DNA of 64,000 nt, taken from positions 1,120,001-1,184,000 of the forward strand of contig OY764265.1 in NCBI GenBank assembly GCA_963668355.1, given 5' to 3'. The position numbers and the translations under genes were made by a program. Source of the stretch: Bdellovibrionota bacterium (GTDB lineage: Bacteria; Bdellovibrionota_G; JALEGL01; DATDPG01). The notes below the pieces were generated by a model. That model did not search any database, was not told the origin of the DNA, and saw nothing but the letters and a program-made list of their open reading frames with translations. This document shows positions 54,699-64,000 of this stretch, in pieces (position 1 is the first letter of the stretch; the number at the start of each line of letters is the position of its first letter).

Positions 54699-56294
54699 CT
54701 AAACATGTGTTTGGTGAGGTTGGTAGGTCCCAAAGACCTCGCGCAGGACATCTGAAATTTCTCCGACGGTCGCACGGGCTTCTGCGGCTTTGAGAATGAA
54801 GGGAACCAAATTCGTGCTTGATTTGGCTGCGCTGGCCAAATCCGTGAGCGAGCGGTGAAGGTTTGGGGCGTTCCGCTCTTTTCGAAAGCGATTCAAATCT
54901 TTGCGACGAGTGGTTTCCAAAACGGGATTCATTTTTAAGGAAGACGAAGCGGAAATTTCTTCGGTCTGGTAAGCATTGAGACCCACAACACGCCGTTCGT
55001 TCTTTTCAATTTCTTGCTGCACTTGATACGAACGTTCAGCAATGGCCTTTTGAAAATATCCCTGCTCAATGGCGCTGGCGCTTCCGCCCAGGCGATCAAT
55101 TTCCTCCAAAAGGATTCGCGCGCTTCTTTCAATCCGAGTTGTCTCGTTTTCCAGGAGATAACTACCCCCTAGAGGATCCACGGTGTTAACCACGCCGGAC
55201 TCCTCTGCCAGAATTTGTTGCGTACGCAGAGCCAATAAAGCCGAAGCCTCACTTGGAAGAGAAAGGGCTTCGTCGCGTGAGTTGGTATGCAAAGATTGAC
55301 AGCCCCCCAGAATGGCCGCCAATGCTTGCAGAGTTACGCGAACAATATTGTTATTGGGTTGTTGGGCCGTGAGCGTGCTCCCAGCCGTTTGAACATGAAA
55401 GCGCAGCAACTTGGAGCGTTGTTTCTTGGCACCAAATGTTTCAGAAGCCATTCGAGCCCAAAGCCGACGAGCCGCACGAAATTTGGCCACTTCTTCGATG
55501 AAGTCATTGTGAGAGGTAAAGAAAAACGAAAGCTGTCCCGCAAAATCATCAAAACTTAAACCGCGCGCCAAAACGGATTTTGAATATTCTTTTGCGTTGG
55601 CCAACGTAAACGCAACCTCTTGAACCGCATCCGATCCAGCTTCGCGTATATGATATCCCGAAATGGAAATGGGGTTCCACTTAGGAACGTGTTCGGAACA
55701 ATAAGCAATCAAATCTGTGACCAATCTCAAAGAATGCGAGGGCGTATAGATATAGGTGCCGCGTGCAATGTATTCCTTGAGAACATCGTTTTGAATGGTT
55801 CCACGAAGGTCGAAAAAAGAACTTCCCTGTTTTTTGGCCAAAGCCAGATAGAAACATAAAAGAATGGCCGCCGTTGAGTTGATGGTCATGGAGGTGGAAA
55901 CCTTGGAAAGCGGAATTCCTTGGAAAAGCGTTTCCATATCTTCGAGAGATGAAATGGCGACCCCCACCCTTCCGACCTCTCCCTGCGCCATGGGGTGATC
56001 ACTGTCGAATCCCATTTGAGTGGGCAGGTCAAAAGCTACAGAAAGTCCGGTTTGACCCGCAGCTAAAAGTTTTTGGAATCGTTGATTGGTTTCCTTGGCG
56101 GTTCCAAACCCAGCGTACTGCCGCATCGTCCATAAACGCCCCCGATACATCGTGGGCTGGACGCCTCGTGTGAAGGGAAAGCTTCCCGGAAAACCGCTTT
56201 GTGAAAGTGCATCAAAGTCGGAATCCTTGGAGGCACACAAAGGAATGTCGGACCCATCGGAACGCCTTAAAAAAAGTTTGGAGTCTTTTTTCAT
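54699..56294 (-). CDS. Methylmalonyl-CoA mutase family, substrate-binding subunit (no B12-binding domain)
   Basis: [38 protein letters not shown] and QSLHTNS; no DxHxxG motif. Confidence 0.93.
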   Translation of the reverse strand: MKKDSKLFLRRSDGSDIPLCASKDSDFDALSQSGFPGSFPFTRGVQPTMYRGRLWTMRQYAGFGTAKETNQRFQKLLAAGQTGLSVAFDLPTQMGFDSDHPMAQGEVGRVGVAISSLEDMETLFQGIPLSKVSTSMTINSTAAILLCFYLALAKKQGSSFFDLRGTIQNDVLKEYIARGTYIYTPSHSLRLVTDLIAYCSEHVPKWNPISISGYHIREAGSDAVQEVAFTLANAKEYSKSVLARGLSFDDFAGQLSFFFTSHNDFIEEVAKFRAARRLWARMASETFGAKKQRSKLLRFHVQTAGSTLTAQQPNNNIVRVTLQALAAILGGCQSLHTNSRDEALSLPSEASALLALRTQQILAEESGVVNTVDPLGGSYLLENETTRIERSARILLEEIDRLGGSASAIEQGYFQKAIAERSYQVQQEIEKNERRVVGLNAYQTEEISASSSLKMNPVLETTRRKDLNRFRKERNAPNLHRSLTDLASAAKSSTNLVPFILKAAEARATVGEISDVLREVFGTYQPHQTHV

Positions 56295-56803
56295 GTTGGG
56301 TCACAACCTTTTTTCAATGAGAGAAGAAGTGCACCCGCTTCGACGGTTTCTCCTAAAATGGCGAAAAGCTCCTCGACATTTCCATCTTCTTGAGCAGAAA
56401 TTTCATTTTCCATTTTCATCGCCTCAAGCACCATTAAAGGCATTCCTTTTTTTACGCGCTCTCCCTTTTTGACATGGATGCAAACCACCCGCCCAGGCAT
56501 GACTGCTCGGACTTCGCCATTGACATTTGCTTTCCGCGTTCCATTCGAAGGCTTAAAACGACGCTCATCAATCCAATCCAATGAGACCGGTTGTCCATTT
56601 ACCCAAAGGTCCAATGTGGACCCCTTTCGTTCGTTTAAGAAGACTTCAAAGATTTTTCCTTCTTGATTTAAGAGAAGGCCGGAAGAAAGGTTCGCTATTT
56701 GGAAGGAACGTGTCGTATTGTTTAATGAAACAAAAACGCGGTCGCCCCTTGTTTGAACCTCCACTTCTCCAGAAAGATTTCCGTGACGAAAGAAATGTTT
56801 CAT
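56291..56803 (-). CDS. Biotin carboxyl carrier subunit
   Basis: Biotinylation motif [11 protein letters not shown] at 56803 overlaps the upstream stop. Confidence 0.9.
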   Translation of the reverse strand: MKHFFRHGNLSGEVEVQTRGDRVFVSLNNTTRSFQIANLSSGLLLNQEGKIFEVFLNERKGSTLDLWVNGQPVSLDWIDERRFKPSNGTRKANVNGEVRAVMPGRVVCIHVKKGERVKKGMPLMVLEAMKMENEISAQEDGNVEELFAILGETVEAGALLLSLKKGCDPT

Positions 56804-58308
56804 AGAGAAGGACCTTTCGATTGATGGGGAAGACCCGTGAGCCACCAACCGGATTCACTTTCTTCAGCGTGTGTTGATCGCGGTGTAATCTTTGTCCCCT
56901 CCATCACATGCGCGGCAGCAATGGCCGCCATGAGTTGTTCCAGAGAGGGAGCAACCGTTGAGAAAGGAAAATGCTCCTGGATGAAAGACGTGGTCACGCG
57001 AGCGTGGACAAATTCGGAATGCGCGAGAGCCTGTTTTAAAAATGAAAGATTGGTTTTCATCCCCAGAACATGGGTTTCATTCAACGCGCGAAGAAGGCGA
57101 AGTCGAGCCTCTTCTCGTGATGCACCCCACGCCGTAATTTTTGCAAGCAGGGGATCATAAAAAACGGAAACGACAGACCCTGTTTCAACCCCTGAATCGA
57201 CACGAACTCCGGGACCTAAAGGCCAGGCTAAAGATTTCACCGTTCCGGGAGAGGGGAAAAACGAATTTTCAGGGTCTTCCGCGTATAGGCGAACCTCAAT
57301 CGAATGACCCTGAAGGGAAACCTCTTCCTGTTTCAGCGGAAGAGATTTCTCTTGAGCCACGCGCATTTGCCAAGCCACGAGATCTTGGCACGTGATCCAT
57401 TCGGTCACGGGATGTTCAACTTGAAGACGCGTGTTCATTTCCAGGAAAAAGAAGTTTTCACTTTCATCCACTAAAAATTCCACGGTTCCCGCGCCAACAT
57501 AGTGAACTGCACGCGCCAACGTTTCGGCAGCCAGAGCCAAAGCTTCATGGGTTTCGGGCTTTAAATTTGGAGCGGGAGCTTCTTCAATAACTTTTTGGTG
57601 ACGTCGTTGAACCGAGCACTCTCGGTCTCCCAACGAAATGACATGACCTTGGAGATCGGAAAAAATCTGAACCTCAATATGTCTGGGACGAACCAAACAT
57701 TTTTCCATGTAAAGCGTGTCATCTGAAAACGATTGTTGTGCCTCCGACTTTGCCATTTGGTATGCCGACGTTAACTCGCGCTCACAAGATACAGCGCGCA
57801 TACCTTTCCCCCCTCCACCGGCCTTGGCTTTGATCAGCACGGGAAAACCAATTTCTTGGGCGCGTTGTCGGGCATCTTCCACGGAAGATAACGGACCACT
57901 GGCGGGCAGAAGAGAAAGCCCGGCCTTTTCGGCAAGGGCTCGGGCCTGAATTTTATCTCCCATTTGCGCAATGGTTTCAGCCTTTGGGCCCACAAACACC
58001 AAACCCTCTTCTTCACAGGCTTGAGCAAAAGAGGCGTTTTCAGACAAGAATCCGTAACCTGGATGCACGAACGTGGCGCCGCAATGTTTGGCCACCCCCA
58101 CAATTCGCTCGACATTCAAATAACTTTCCGACGAGGGTGCCGGACCCACATGATAGGCTTCATGGGCCTTTCGAACATGCAGGGCTTTTTGGTCAGCTTC
58201 GGAAAAAATGGCGACAGGAAGGCATTGCAAATCTTTTAACGTGCGAGAAATTCGAACGGAAACCTCTCCACGATTGGCAATCAAAACTTTCGGAAAAGTG
58301 CCGCTCAA
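56800..58308 (-). CDS. pccA: Acyl-CoA (propionyl-CoA) carboxylase, biotin carboxylase subunit
   Basis: [23 protein letters not shown] and [14 protein letters not shown]. Confidence 0.9.
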   Translation of the reverse strand: MSGTFPKVLIANRGEVSVRISRTLKDLQCLPVAIFSEADQKALHVRKAHEAYHVGPAPSSESYLNVERIVGVAKHCGATFVHPGYGFLSENASFAQACEEEGLVFVGPKAETIAQMGDKIQARALAEKAGLSLLPASGPLSSVEDARQRAQEIGFPVLIKAKAGGGGKGMRAVSCERELTSAYQMAKSEAQQSFSDDTLYMEKCLVRPRHIEVQIFSDLQGHVISLGDRECSVQRRHQKVIEEAPAPNLKPETHEALALAAETLARAVHYVGAGTVEFLVDESENFFFLEMNTRLQVEHPVTEWITCQDLVAWQMRVAQEKSLPLKQEEVSLQGHSIEVRLYAEDPENSFFPSPGTVKSLAWPLGPGVRVDSGVETGSVVSVFYDPLLAKITAWGASREEARLRLLRALNETHVLGMKTNLSFLKQALAHSEFVHARVTTSFIQEHFPFSTVAPSLEQLMAAIAAAHVMEGTKITPRSTHAEESESGWWLTGLPHQSKGPSL

Positions 58309-59876
58309 AGTGGAATGTTCCCATGCTTCTTGGGTGGATTGTGGTCCTTTTTATTCCGCAGCATTTCGAGAGAACGAAATAATTTTTTTCGCGTTCCTGC
58401 TGGTTCAATGATTTCATCAATGAATCCCAACGCAGCGGTTTTATATGGATTGGCAAAGGTTTCTCGATATTCCTGTGTCAACTCTTCTCTCTTGGCTTGT
58501 GGGTTTTTGGATCTTTCGAGTTCTTCTCGAAAGACGATGTTGACCGCTCCCTCGGGTCCCATGACGGCAATTTCCGCCGTTGGGTAAGCAAAGTTCAAAT
58601 CTCCACGAATATGCTTGGAAGACATCACATCGTATGCGCCCCCATAAGCCTTTCGTGTGATGATCGTAATTTTGGGAACGGTTGCCTCAGCAAAGGCAAA
58701 AAGAAGCTTGGCCCCATGCTTGATGATCCCTCCAAATTCCTGAGCGGTTCCGGGTAAAAACCCCGGAACGTCCACCCAGGTGATCAGAGGAATATTGAAA
58801 CAATCACAAAATCGAACAAAACGTGCCGCCTTCAACGAGGCATCGATGTCCAAACAACCCGCAAGAACATTGGGTTGATTCGCAACAATTCCGACGGTGG
58901 ATCCGCCAATGCGTCCAAAGCCAATGACCATGTTTTGAGCAAAAGCTTCTTGGATTTCAAAAAAGTTTTTTTCATCGAGTGTGGGAACAAAAACGTCACG
59001 AATATCATAGGGCTTGGAAGGCGTTTCCGGAACGACATCATTCAACGACATTTCCACACGATCCACGGGATCCTCCGTGGCGATATGTGGAGGTCGTTCC
59101 ATATTGTTCAAAGGGAGGTAAGAGAGAAGTTGGCGAATACCTCGCAGGCAGTCTTTGTCACTTGGAAACGAAAAGTGGGCCACACCACTTTGATGATTGT
59201 GGGTTTTAGAGCCGCCCAGAACCTCTTTTGTGACTTCCTCATGAGTGACGGTTTTGATGACATCGGGTCCGGTAATGAAGAGGTAACTGGTATGTTCCAC
59301 CATCAGGATGAAGTCTGTGATGGCGGGAGAATAGACGGCACCCCCCGCACACGGACCCATAATGGCGGAGATTTGTGGAATGACGCCGGAGGCGAGGGTG
59401 TTGCGCAAGAAAATATCGGCATAGCCTCCGAGACCCTCAACACCTTCGTGAATGCGAGCCCCACCCGAATCATTTAACCCAATGACCGGAGCCCCCACCT
59501 TCATGGCCAGGTCCATGACTTTGCAGATTTTTCTGGCGTTGGCGCCTGAGAGAGACCCACCAAAAACCGTGAAGTCTTGGGCAAAGACAAAGACCTGCCG
59601 TCCCTCCACCAAGCCTTGTCCGGCGACAACGCCATCTCCGGGAATTTTCTTTTGGCTCATTCCAAAATCGGTGCATCGATGCTCAACGAACCGATCGATT
59701 TCTTCGAACGTTCCTTCATCCAAAAGGAACTCCACGCGCTCCCGAGCCGTGAGTTTTCCGCTCTTGTGTTGTTTTGCAACTCGCACCTCTCCACCTGCGC
59801 GCTCAGAGGCCTCGACGCGTTCTTTGAAAAGGTTGAGGGATGATCGGGAATCCTGATCCGTTTTGGGCATGGGCAT
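58305..59876 (-). CDS. pccB: Propionyl-CoA carboxylase beta (carboxyltransferase) subunit
   Basis: [27 protein letters not shown] and KKHGNIPL. Confidence 0.95.
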   Translation of the reverse strand: MPMPKTDQDSRSSLNLFKERVEASERAGGEVRVAKQHKSGKLTARERVEFLLDEGTFEEIDRFVEHRCTDFGMSQKKIPGDGVVAGQGLVEGRQVFVFAQDFTVFGGSLSGANARKICKVMDLAMKVGAPVIGLNDSGGARIHEGVEGLGGYADIFLRNTLASGVIPQISAIMGPCAGGAVYSPAITDFILMVEHTSYLFITGPDVIKTVTHEEVTKEVLGGSKTHNHQSGVAHFSFPSDKDCLRGIRQLLSYLPLNNMERPPHIATEDPVDRVEMSLNDVVPETPSKPYDIRDVFVPTLDEKNFFEIQEAFAQNMVIGFGRIGGSTVGIVANQPNVLAGCLDIDASLKAARFVRFCDCFNIPLITWVDVPGFLPGTAQEFGGIIKHGAKLLFAFAEATVPKITIITRKAYGGAYDVMSSKHIRGDLNFAYPTAEIAVMGPEGAVNIVFREELERSKNPQAKREELTQEYRETFANPYKTAALGFIDEIIEPAGTRKKLFRSLEMLRNKKDHNPPKKHGNIPL

Positions 59877-59939
59877 CTTACTTAGACGGATGACCTCAAA
59901 ATGTCTAATAATTGTGGAAAACCCTTGGCCGGGAGGGAA

Positions 59940-60632
59940 TTATTTATCGTAGATCGAGCAATCGTCTCGATTCTCAATCAGAGTCATCCAATTGAAAGTA
60001 TCTTTTTCAGGAGTTTCATATCGAAAGGAACACATGACGAACGTGGGATATTTCTCCTCGTCACATTGATACTCGTATTCCACGCGACCCAAAGAAATCA
60101 AATCCGCCGGCGTCGGGAAAGGGGCCTTGGAGGTGATTCGGATTTCTTTGTGAAATCGCCACACCTTGGACAGTTCACAGGTTTGCCCAGGATATTTTTC
60201 GGTCAAGAGGTCCAACGCGATTTCCCGGCGTTCGGGCGTGTCGGATTGGGAATAAATTCCTGGAATCTGAAAATAAACACTGTTGAGAAACCAACAACGA
60301 GCTCCGGTTTCATCGTTTACGTAATACGCATCATTGGTGGTGCAGTAAAAAGGGGCGTAGACGGTTCCAAACTCTTTATCCTGGCATTGAACGGTGAACG
60401 AAAACCCATTGGGAGAGCGTCGATCTCCATGTTCTAATTCGTCCCAAACCACGGAACAATCTGACTTTCCACCCAGTGCATTGGCATAACGGCGAGCCTC
60501 TTCCGTACAAGAACGCCACTCATTTTCATATAATTGTTGATAACGATTCAGGGCCTCACTCGTTGGGCTGAAGGCCAAAAAAAGACCCCAAACCAAAAGA
60601 AAAGAACCGAATATGGTCTTGGTGCGTTTCAT
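59940..60632 (-). CDS. Hypothetical secreted Cys-containing protein (paralog 1)
   Basis: Signal peptide; clear similarity to the adjacent ORF 60756-61502. Confidence 0.75.
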   Translation of the reverse strand: MKRTKTIFGSFLLVWGLFLAFSPTSEALNRYQQLYENEWRSCTEEARRYANALGGKSDCSVVWDELEHGDRRSPNGFSFTVQCQDKEFGTVYAPFYCTTNDAYYVNDETGARCWFLNSVYFQIPGIYSQSDTPERREIALDLLTEKYPGQTCELSKVWRFHKEIRITSKAPFPTPADLISLGRVEYEYQCDEEKYPTFVMCSFRYETPEKDTFNWMTLIENRDDCSIYDK

Positions 60633-60755
60633 CTTGGATTCCGGAGATGGCTTCTAACACCAACTAACGCGCCCCGTCAAACCGAATTTTTAACATCTGA
60701 AAATGGGCTACGGTTAAGCAAAATGATCCATGCCTTGGGTTTGCAGAAGTTTACT

Positions 60756-61502
60756 TTAATGGAGTTGGCAGAAATTAAAATCTTCGGTGAAGGCAAACAA
60801 TTGATCTTCTTCGGTTTCTCTTGGGTTCTGAGAATTGGCCCTGATCCGATCCCCGCCCGTTTCGACGTCTAAGCTTTCTTCTTGAGATTCTTTAAAAAGG
60901 TAAAAACATCGAATGTGAATAGACTTAGGCTCGCCCTCACATTGATATTCATAATCCACATCGCCAAGCTTTTCGAGCTGAGAAGGAGTTGGGAAGGGAG
61001 GAAATTTGGAAATGCGGATTTCATAGTGGGAATAAAGAACCCGTTGGAAATGACATGCTTCATGCGGAAAATGCTGCTCAACCAAATCAAGGGCCAATTC
61101 ACGACGTTCCGGCGTGTCCGAAGGCCAGTACACACCGCTAAGAAAGAAGCGTCCCGCTCCGCCAATCCAGCAGTGGGCCTTTTTTTCTTCCTGAAAGCTG
61201 AAATTTTTCTCGGCTGTGCAAAAGATGGGTGCGTAGACATCTCCATAAGAATCATCCATGCACTGAACGGTGAACCACATGCCACGCTTAGATGAGTTCA
61301 GCAAATACTCGGATTGATCCCAGACGATTTTACAATGGGATAAGCGGTCAAAGGAGTTCGAAAAATGCAAAGCCTCGTCCCGATAGATCCCTCTCAAGGC
61401 GGAGAGATCAAGCTGGGCGGGCTCAGCCAAAACCGAAAGCGCGAAGGTCCATAGGCCGACGAAGAGAAAAAGGACCGCAGGTCTGGAGAAAGACAGTTTC
61501 AT
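60756..61502 (-). CDS. Hypothetical secreted Cys-containing protein (paralog 2)
   Basis: Signal peptide; shares FTVQC, VYAP, SDTPERRE, PFPTP and YEYQC with paralog 1. Confidence 0.75.
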   Translation of the reverse strand: MKLSFSRPAVLFLFVGLWTFALSVLAEPAQLDLSALRGIYRDEALHFSNSFDRLSHCKIVWDQSEYLLNSSKRGMWFTVQCMDDSYGDVYAPIFCTAEKNFSFQEEKKAHCWIGGAGRFFLSGVYWPSDTPERRELALDLVEQHFPHEACHFQRVLYSHYEIRISKFPPFPTPSQLEKLGDVDYEYQCEGEPKSIHIRCFYLFKESQEESLDVETGGDRIRANSQNPRETEEDQLFAFTEDFNFCQLH

Positions 61503-61703
61503 ACAAATTGGCCTGAAAACCGCCTTCTACCATCGCCTAACGCAAAACGTCAATTTCTATTTTTCACACCCCTCTTATGTGCGCCGGAAGAGGATAGGGC
61601 GTATAAATCAACCCAGAGGGAGTCGACTTAACCTATTTTTAAGAATTCATTTATAAGTTCTTAATACTTCACAGATATATCTGGGTTCGCAAGGTAGATA
61701 TTT

Positions 61704-62804
61704 ATGTCGAAGGGGGACTCTAAAAAAATTCTACTTACACTCTTTGGAGTGGCTTGTCTCTATCCGCTTTCCGCCTCTGCAAATCTTTACACTCAGCTTC
61801 GCGATACGGTTGTTCCTCAAGCCAAAGTGGTTCCGGCCGTTCAAAGCGAAATCGGTCGAACGGCTCGGCAGTTAACAGCCATTTCAAACCGATATGAGGC
61901 TGCCGGAATTTTTCCCCATGACATGGGCGATGTTTTCAAAAATGCTTTCGCAGGTGGGCGCATTCAAGGACATCAACCCAAATTTTCCCAAGCGTTTAGT
62001 CGATACGGAAAGTCCATCGGCTTTGAAACTTCAAATGGGTTTTCCTTTTTGGTTCCCTCTTTTGAACGAAGGGGAACGCTCCCGTTTGAAAAATGTGAAA
62101 ATGGCCCCTCCCTCTCCGATCTTTTGATGCATGTAGCTCAAATTGAGACAGGGGATGCGAAGGCCGAACTCGAGGAAATTCACTTTGTCCACACGCCTGA
62201 AATGTCTGCATCTACCGCAAGCATTCTGTACGCCGCTGAATATTGTTCTTCGGATCGTTTGGTTTATGCAAGTGCAAATGGCGAAATGAAAGACTTGGTC
62301 GAGCGGGTGCGAAGAGTCATGGGAAGAAATCCCAAGCGGCCCCTTGGAAATGAAGCCGTCATCCCAGAGCGCCTAATCTCGGCGCTTGAAAGTGTGTATC
62401 AGTTGCAAGAGATACAGGTTCCTGATCTCGAAACCTACGACCGATTTTCCGGCTTCGACTTTTCCGAGAGTGGCACCATGCAGGACGTTGTGGATATGGC
62501 CATGGATTATCTAGAGGAAGTGAGCCGTTTGCTGGAAGAGGTGAGTTCTCCCTCTATGGATGCTTCTCGCAGTTATCGAAAAACGAGGACGTATTTAGAA
62601 ATCGTCGCTCCGGCCATGTTGACGACGATTGAGTCCAAGTATCGAACCTTGTTATCGATTCGAAATCCTGAAATCGCCCCCAGCGTGCAAAAATTTCGAA
62701 AATTTCGCCAGAAACATAATCGTCTCATGGATCATCTCACGGAACATCGCCGTGTTCAGTGGAATGACTTTCTGCGTGGCGTTTCCCTCCACCCCCAAGG
62801 GTAA
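61704..62804 (+). CDS. Hypothetical secreted protein
   Basis: 366-aa ORF with signal peptide ending ASA; no family recognised. Confidence 0.65.
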   Translation: MSKGDSKKILLTLFGVACLYPLSASANLYTQLRDTVVPQAKVVPAVQSEIGRTARQLTAISNRYEAAGIFPHDMGDVFKNAFAGGRIQGHQPKFSQAFSRYGKSIGFETSNGFSFLVPSFERRGTLPFEKCENGPSLSDLLMHVAQIETGDAKAELEEIHFVHTPEMSASTASILYAAEYCSSDRLVYASANGEMKDLVERVRRVMGRNPKRPLGNEAVIPERLISALESVYQLQEIQVPDLETYDRFSGFDFSESGTMQDVVDMAMDYLEEVSRLLEEVSSPSMDASRSYRKTRTYLEIVAPAMLTTIESKYRTLLSIRNPEIAPSVQKFRKFRQKHNRLMDHLTEHRRVQWNDFLRGVSLHPQG

Positions 62805-62906
62805 AAAGAGCATAAATATTAGGTTGTTGTAAAAATGAAACGGGTCGTAAAGGAGAGGTTGGCTTTTATGACGCAGTGTGGTAAACCGCGCTCGAATCAA
62901 GGGACT

Positions 62907-64000
62907 ATGCTAAGGGTGAGGTTTAAAAAGATAATTCTATTTTTTGTGGTGGTCTTGGGACTGCCTTGCTTGGCCGTGGCCAGTCAGGCCCCCAAATCCA
63001 TTCCGGATGAAGGTCGCCTTACGAAAGAAATTTCCATTGAACGCTTCAACGGAGCGACGAAAGTCGTCATTGCTCCGGATTTATTACGAAAATGGGACGG
63101 AAAACTCACGGAGGACAGCAAACTCGTCTTGGCGGAGGTCCTTATTTATCGGAAGCGAACCGTACAAATCCTTCTCGAAGCCCTGGATCGCCTACGATTC
63201 TTGGCCTTAGCCTTGGGAGAAACCGCATACCAAGACCCTTCCTTAGCCATGCCGGACGATTTGGCCATGGTCCTAGACCGCGCGTTTGATCCACGTCAAT
63301 TTGGTGATCTCATGGGAGGCGTCGGTTGGCTCCGTAATCCGCTTGCCCAAGGCGCGGAGTTTGATCCCGTGGTCATGGATGCATTTTGGCGAGATATTCT
63401 GGAGCGGTCTATCGGAGTGGTCCATCGAGAATCACAAAAAGCCTTTTACGAACGCTACCGCGGAGTGGATGAGGTCATTGATGAGTCGGTGAGCTTGGAG
63501 GAAAACCTAGGTGAGTATTGTCGCCGCACGCGCGATGAAATCGATCAATCCAAGGCGGTCTCACAATCCATCGAAGCGAGAAACCAAGAGGCCAGGACGC
63601 TGCTCTATGACATCGATGGAAATGCCTACGAAGGAGAGCGACTTCTTTTTACGCCCCTTCATTATGGCAAGACCTTTCTTCCCAATGAAATTTATCGCGA
63701 GAAGGTTCGCCCCATTCTTCGGGACATCAATACGCTTCGACAATACCCGGGCAAGGGTCGAGATGATGGCTACTTGGCCAACTTCTTTGTCGCGTTGGCC
63801 CTCAATGAATTGTCGGAGAAGCATGGTTTCGATATACGCCTGGCGACGGAGAGTCAGCCGCGCTCCAGTTTGATCTGTGCGGCGTGGGATGAAATTCCCT
63901 TTGATCAACTCGACGACGAATTTTTTGTCCGAAATTCGGAGCATTTTCGGACAGCTTTTCTGGCGGCAATTCAAGAGGCCATCCGCCTGCATCAACATGT
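62907..64000 (+). CDS. Hypothetical secreted protein, 3'-truncated (absent from the ORF track)
   Basis: Hand translation from ATG 62907 (or GTG 62916), MLRVRFKKIILFFVVVLGLPCLAVA..., stays open to the window end (364 codons). Confidence 0.75.
   Translation, partial: MLRVRFKKIILFFVVVLGLPCLAVASQAPKSIPDEGRLTKEISIERFNGATKVVIAPDLLRKWDGKLTEDSKLVLAEVLIYRKRTVQILLEALDRLRFLALALGETAYQDPSLAMPDDLAMVLDRAFDPRQFGDLMGGVGWLRNPLAQGAEFDPVVMDAFWRDILERSIGVVHRESQKAFYERYRGVDEVIDESVSLEENLGEYCRRTRDEIDQSKAVSQSIEARNQEARTLLYDIDGNAYEGERLLFTPLHYGKTFLPNEIYREKVRPILRDINTLRQYPGKGRDDGYLANFFVALALNELSEKHGFDIRLATESQPRSSLICAAWDEIPFDQLDDEFFVRNSEHFRTAFLAAIQEAIRLHQH

Noticed and set aside
61639..61664. TTAAGAA-N12-TTCTTAA inverted repeat
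   Set aside because: Short and in an AT-rich tract; could easily be chance.
62944..63998. Short ORFs listed in the track for this region
   Set aside because: Superseded by a single uninterrupted signal-peptide frame from 62907.

Overview
Bacterial chromosomal window spanning the replication origin. The lineage is inferred to be deltaproteobacterium-like (Bdellovibrionota/Myxococcota-type gene families and gene order), not proven. The core runs leftward as rpmH-rnpA-yidD-yidC-jag-mnmE-(acyltransferase)-mnmG-(HTH/coiled-coil gene)-parA-parB-bactofilin-atpF'FHAGDC, and rightward as dnaA-oriC-dnaN-recF-gyrB-gyrA, then hemL, atpZIBE and dnaJ. Two parS sites and DnaA boxes/trios are visible. The flanks carry gltA, tRNA-Asn with a probable islet, crcB, a Na+/solute symporter-ablB pair, PBP1A coupled to a kinase-PilZ gene, a MoaA-derived radical SAM protein, tatBC, a pcc/mcm operon and several orphan secreted proteins. 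Best leads: (1) an HTH/coiled-coil gene in the usual rsmG slot ahead of parAB-bactofilin; (2) a MoaA paralog lacking its auxiliary Fe-S cluster ligands; (3) long intergenic hairpins with different arms but a shared 24-nt internal motif; (4) a Ser/Thr kinase with tandem PilZ domains coupled to PBP1A. No CRISPR, rRNA, integrase or transposase was seen. All calls come from reading by eye; no searches were run.
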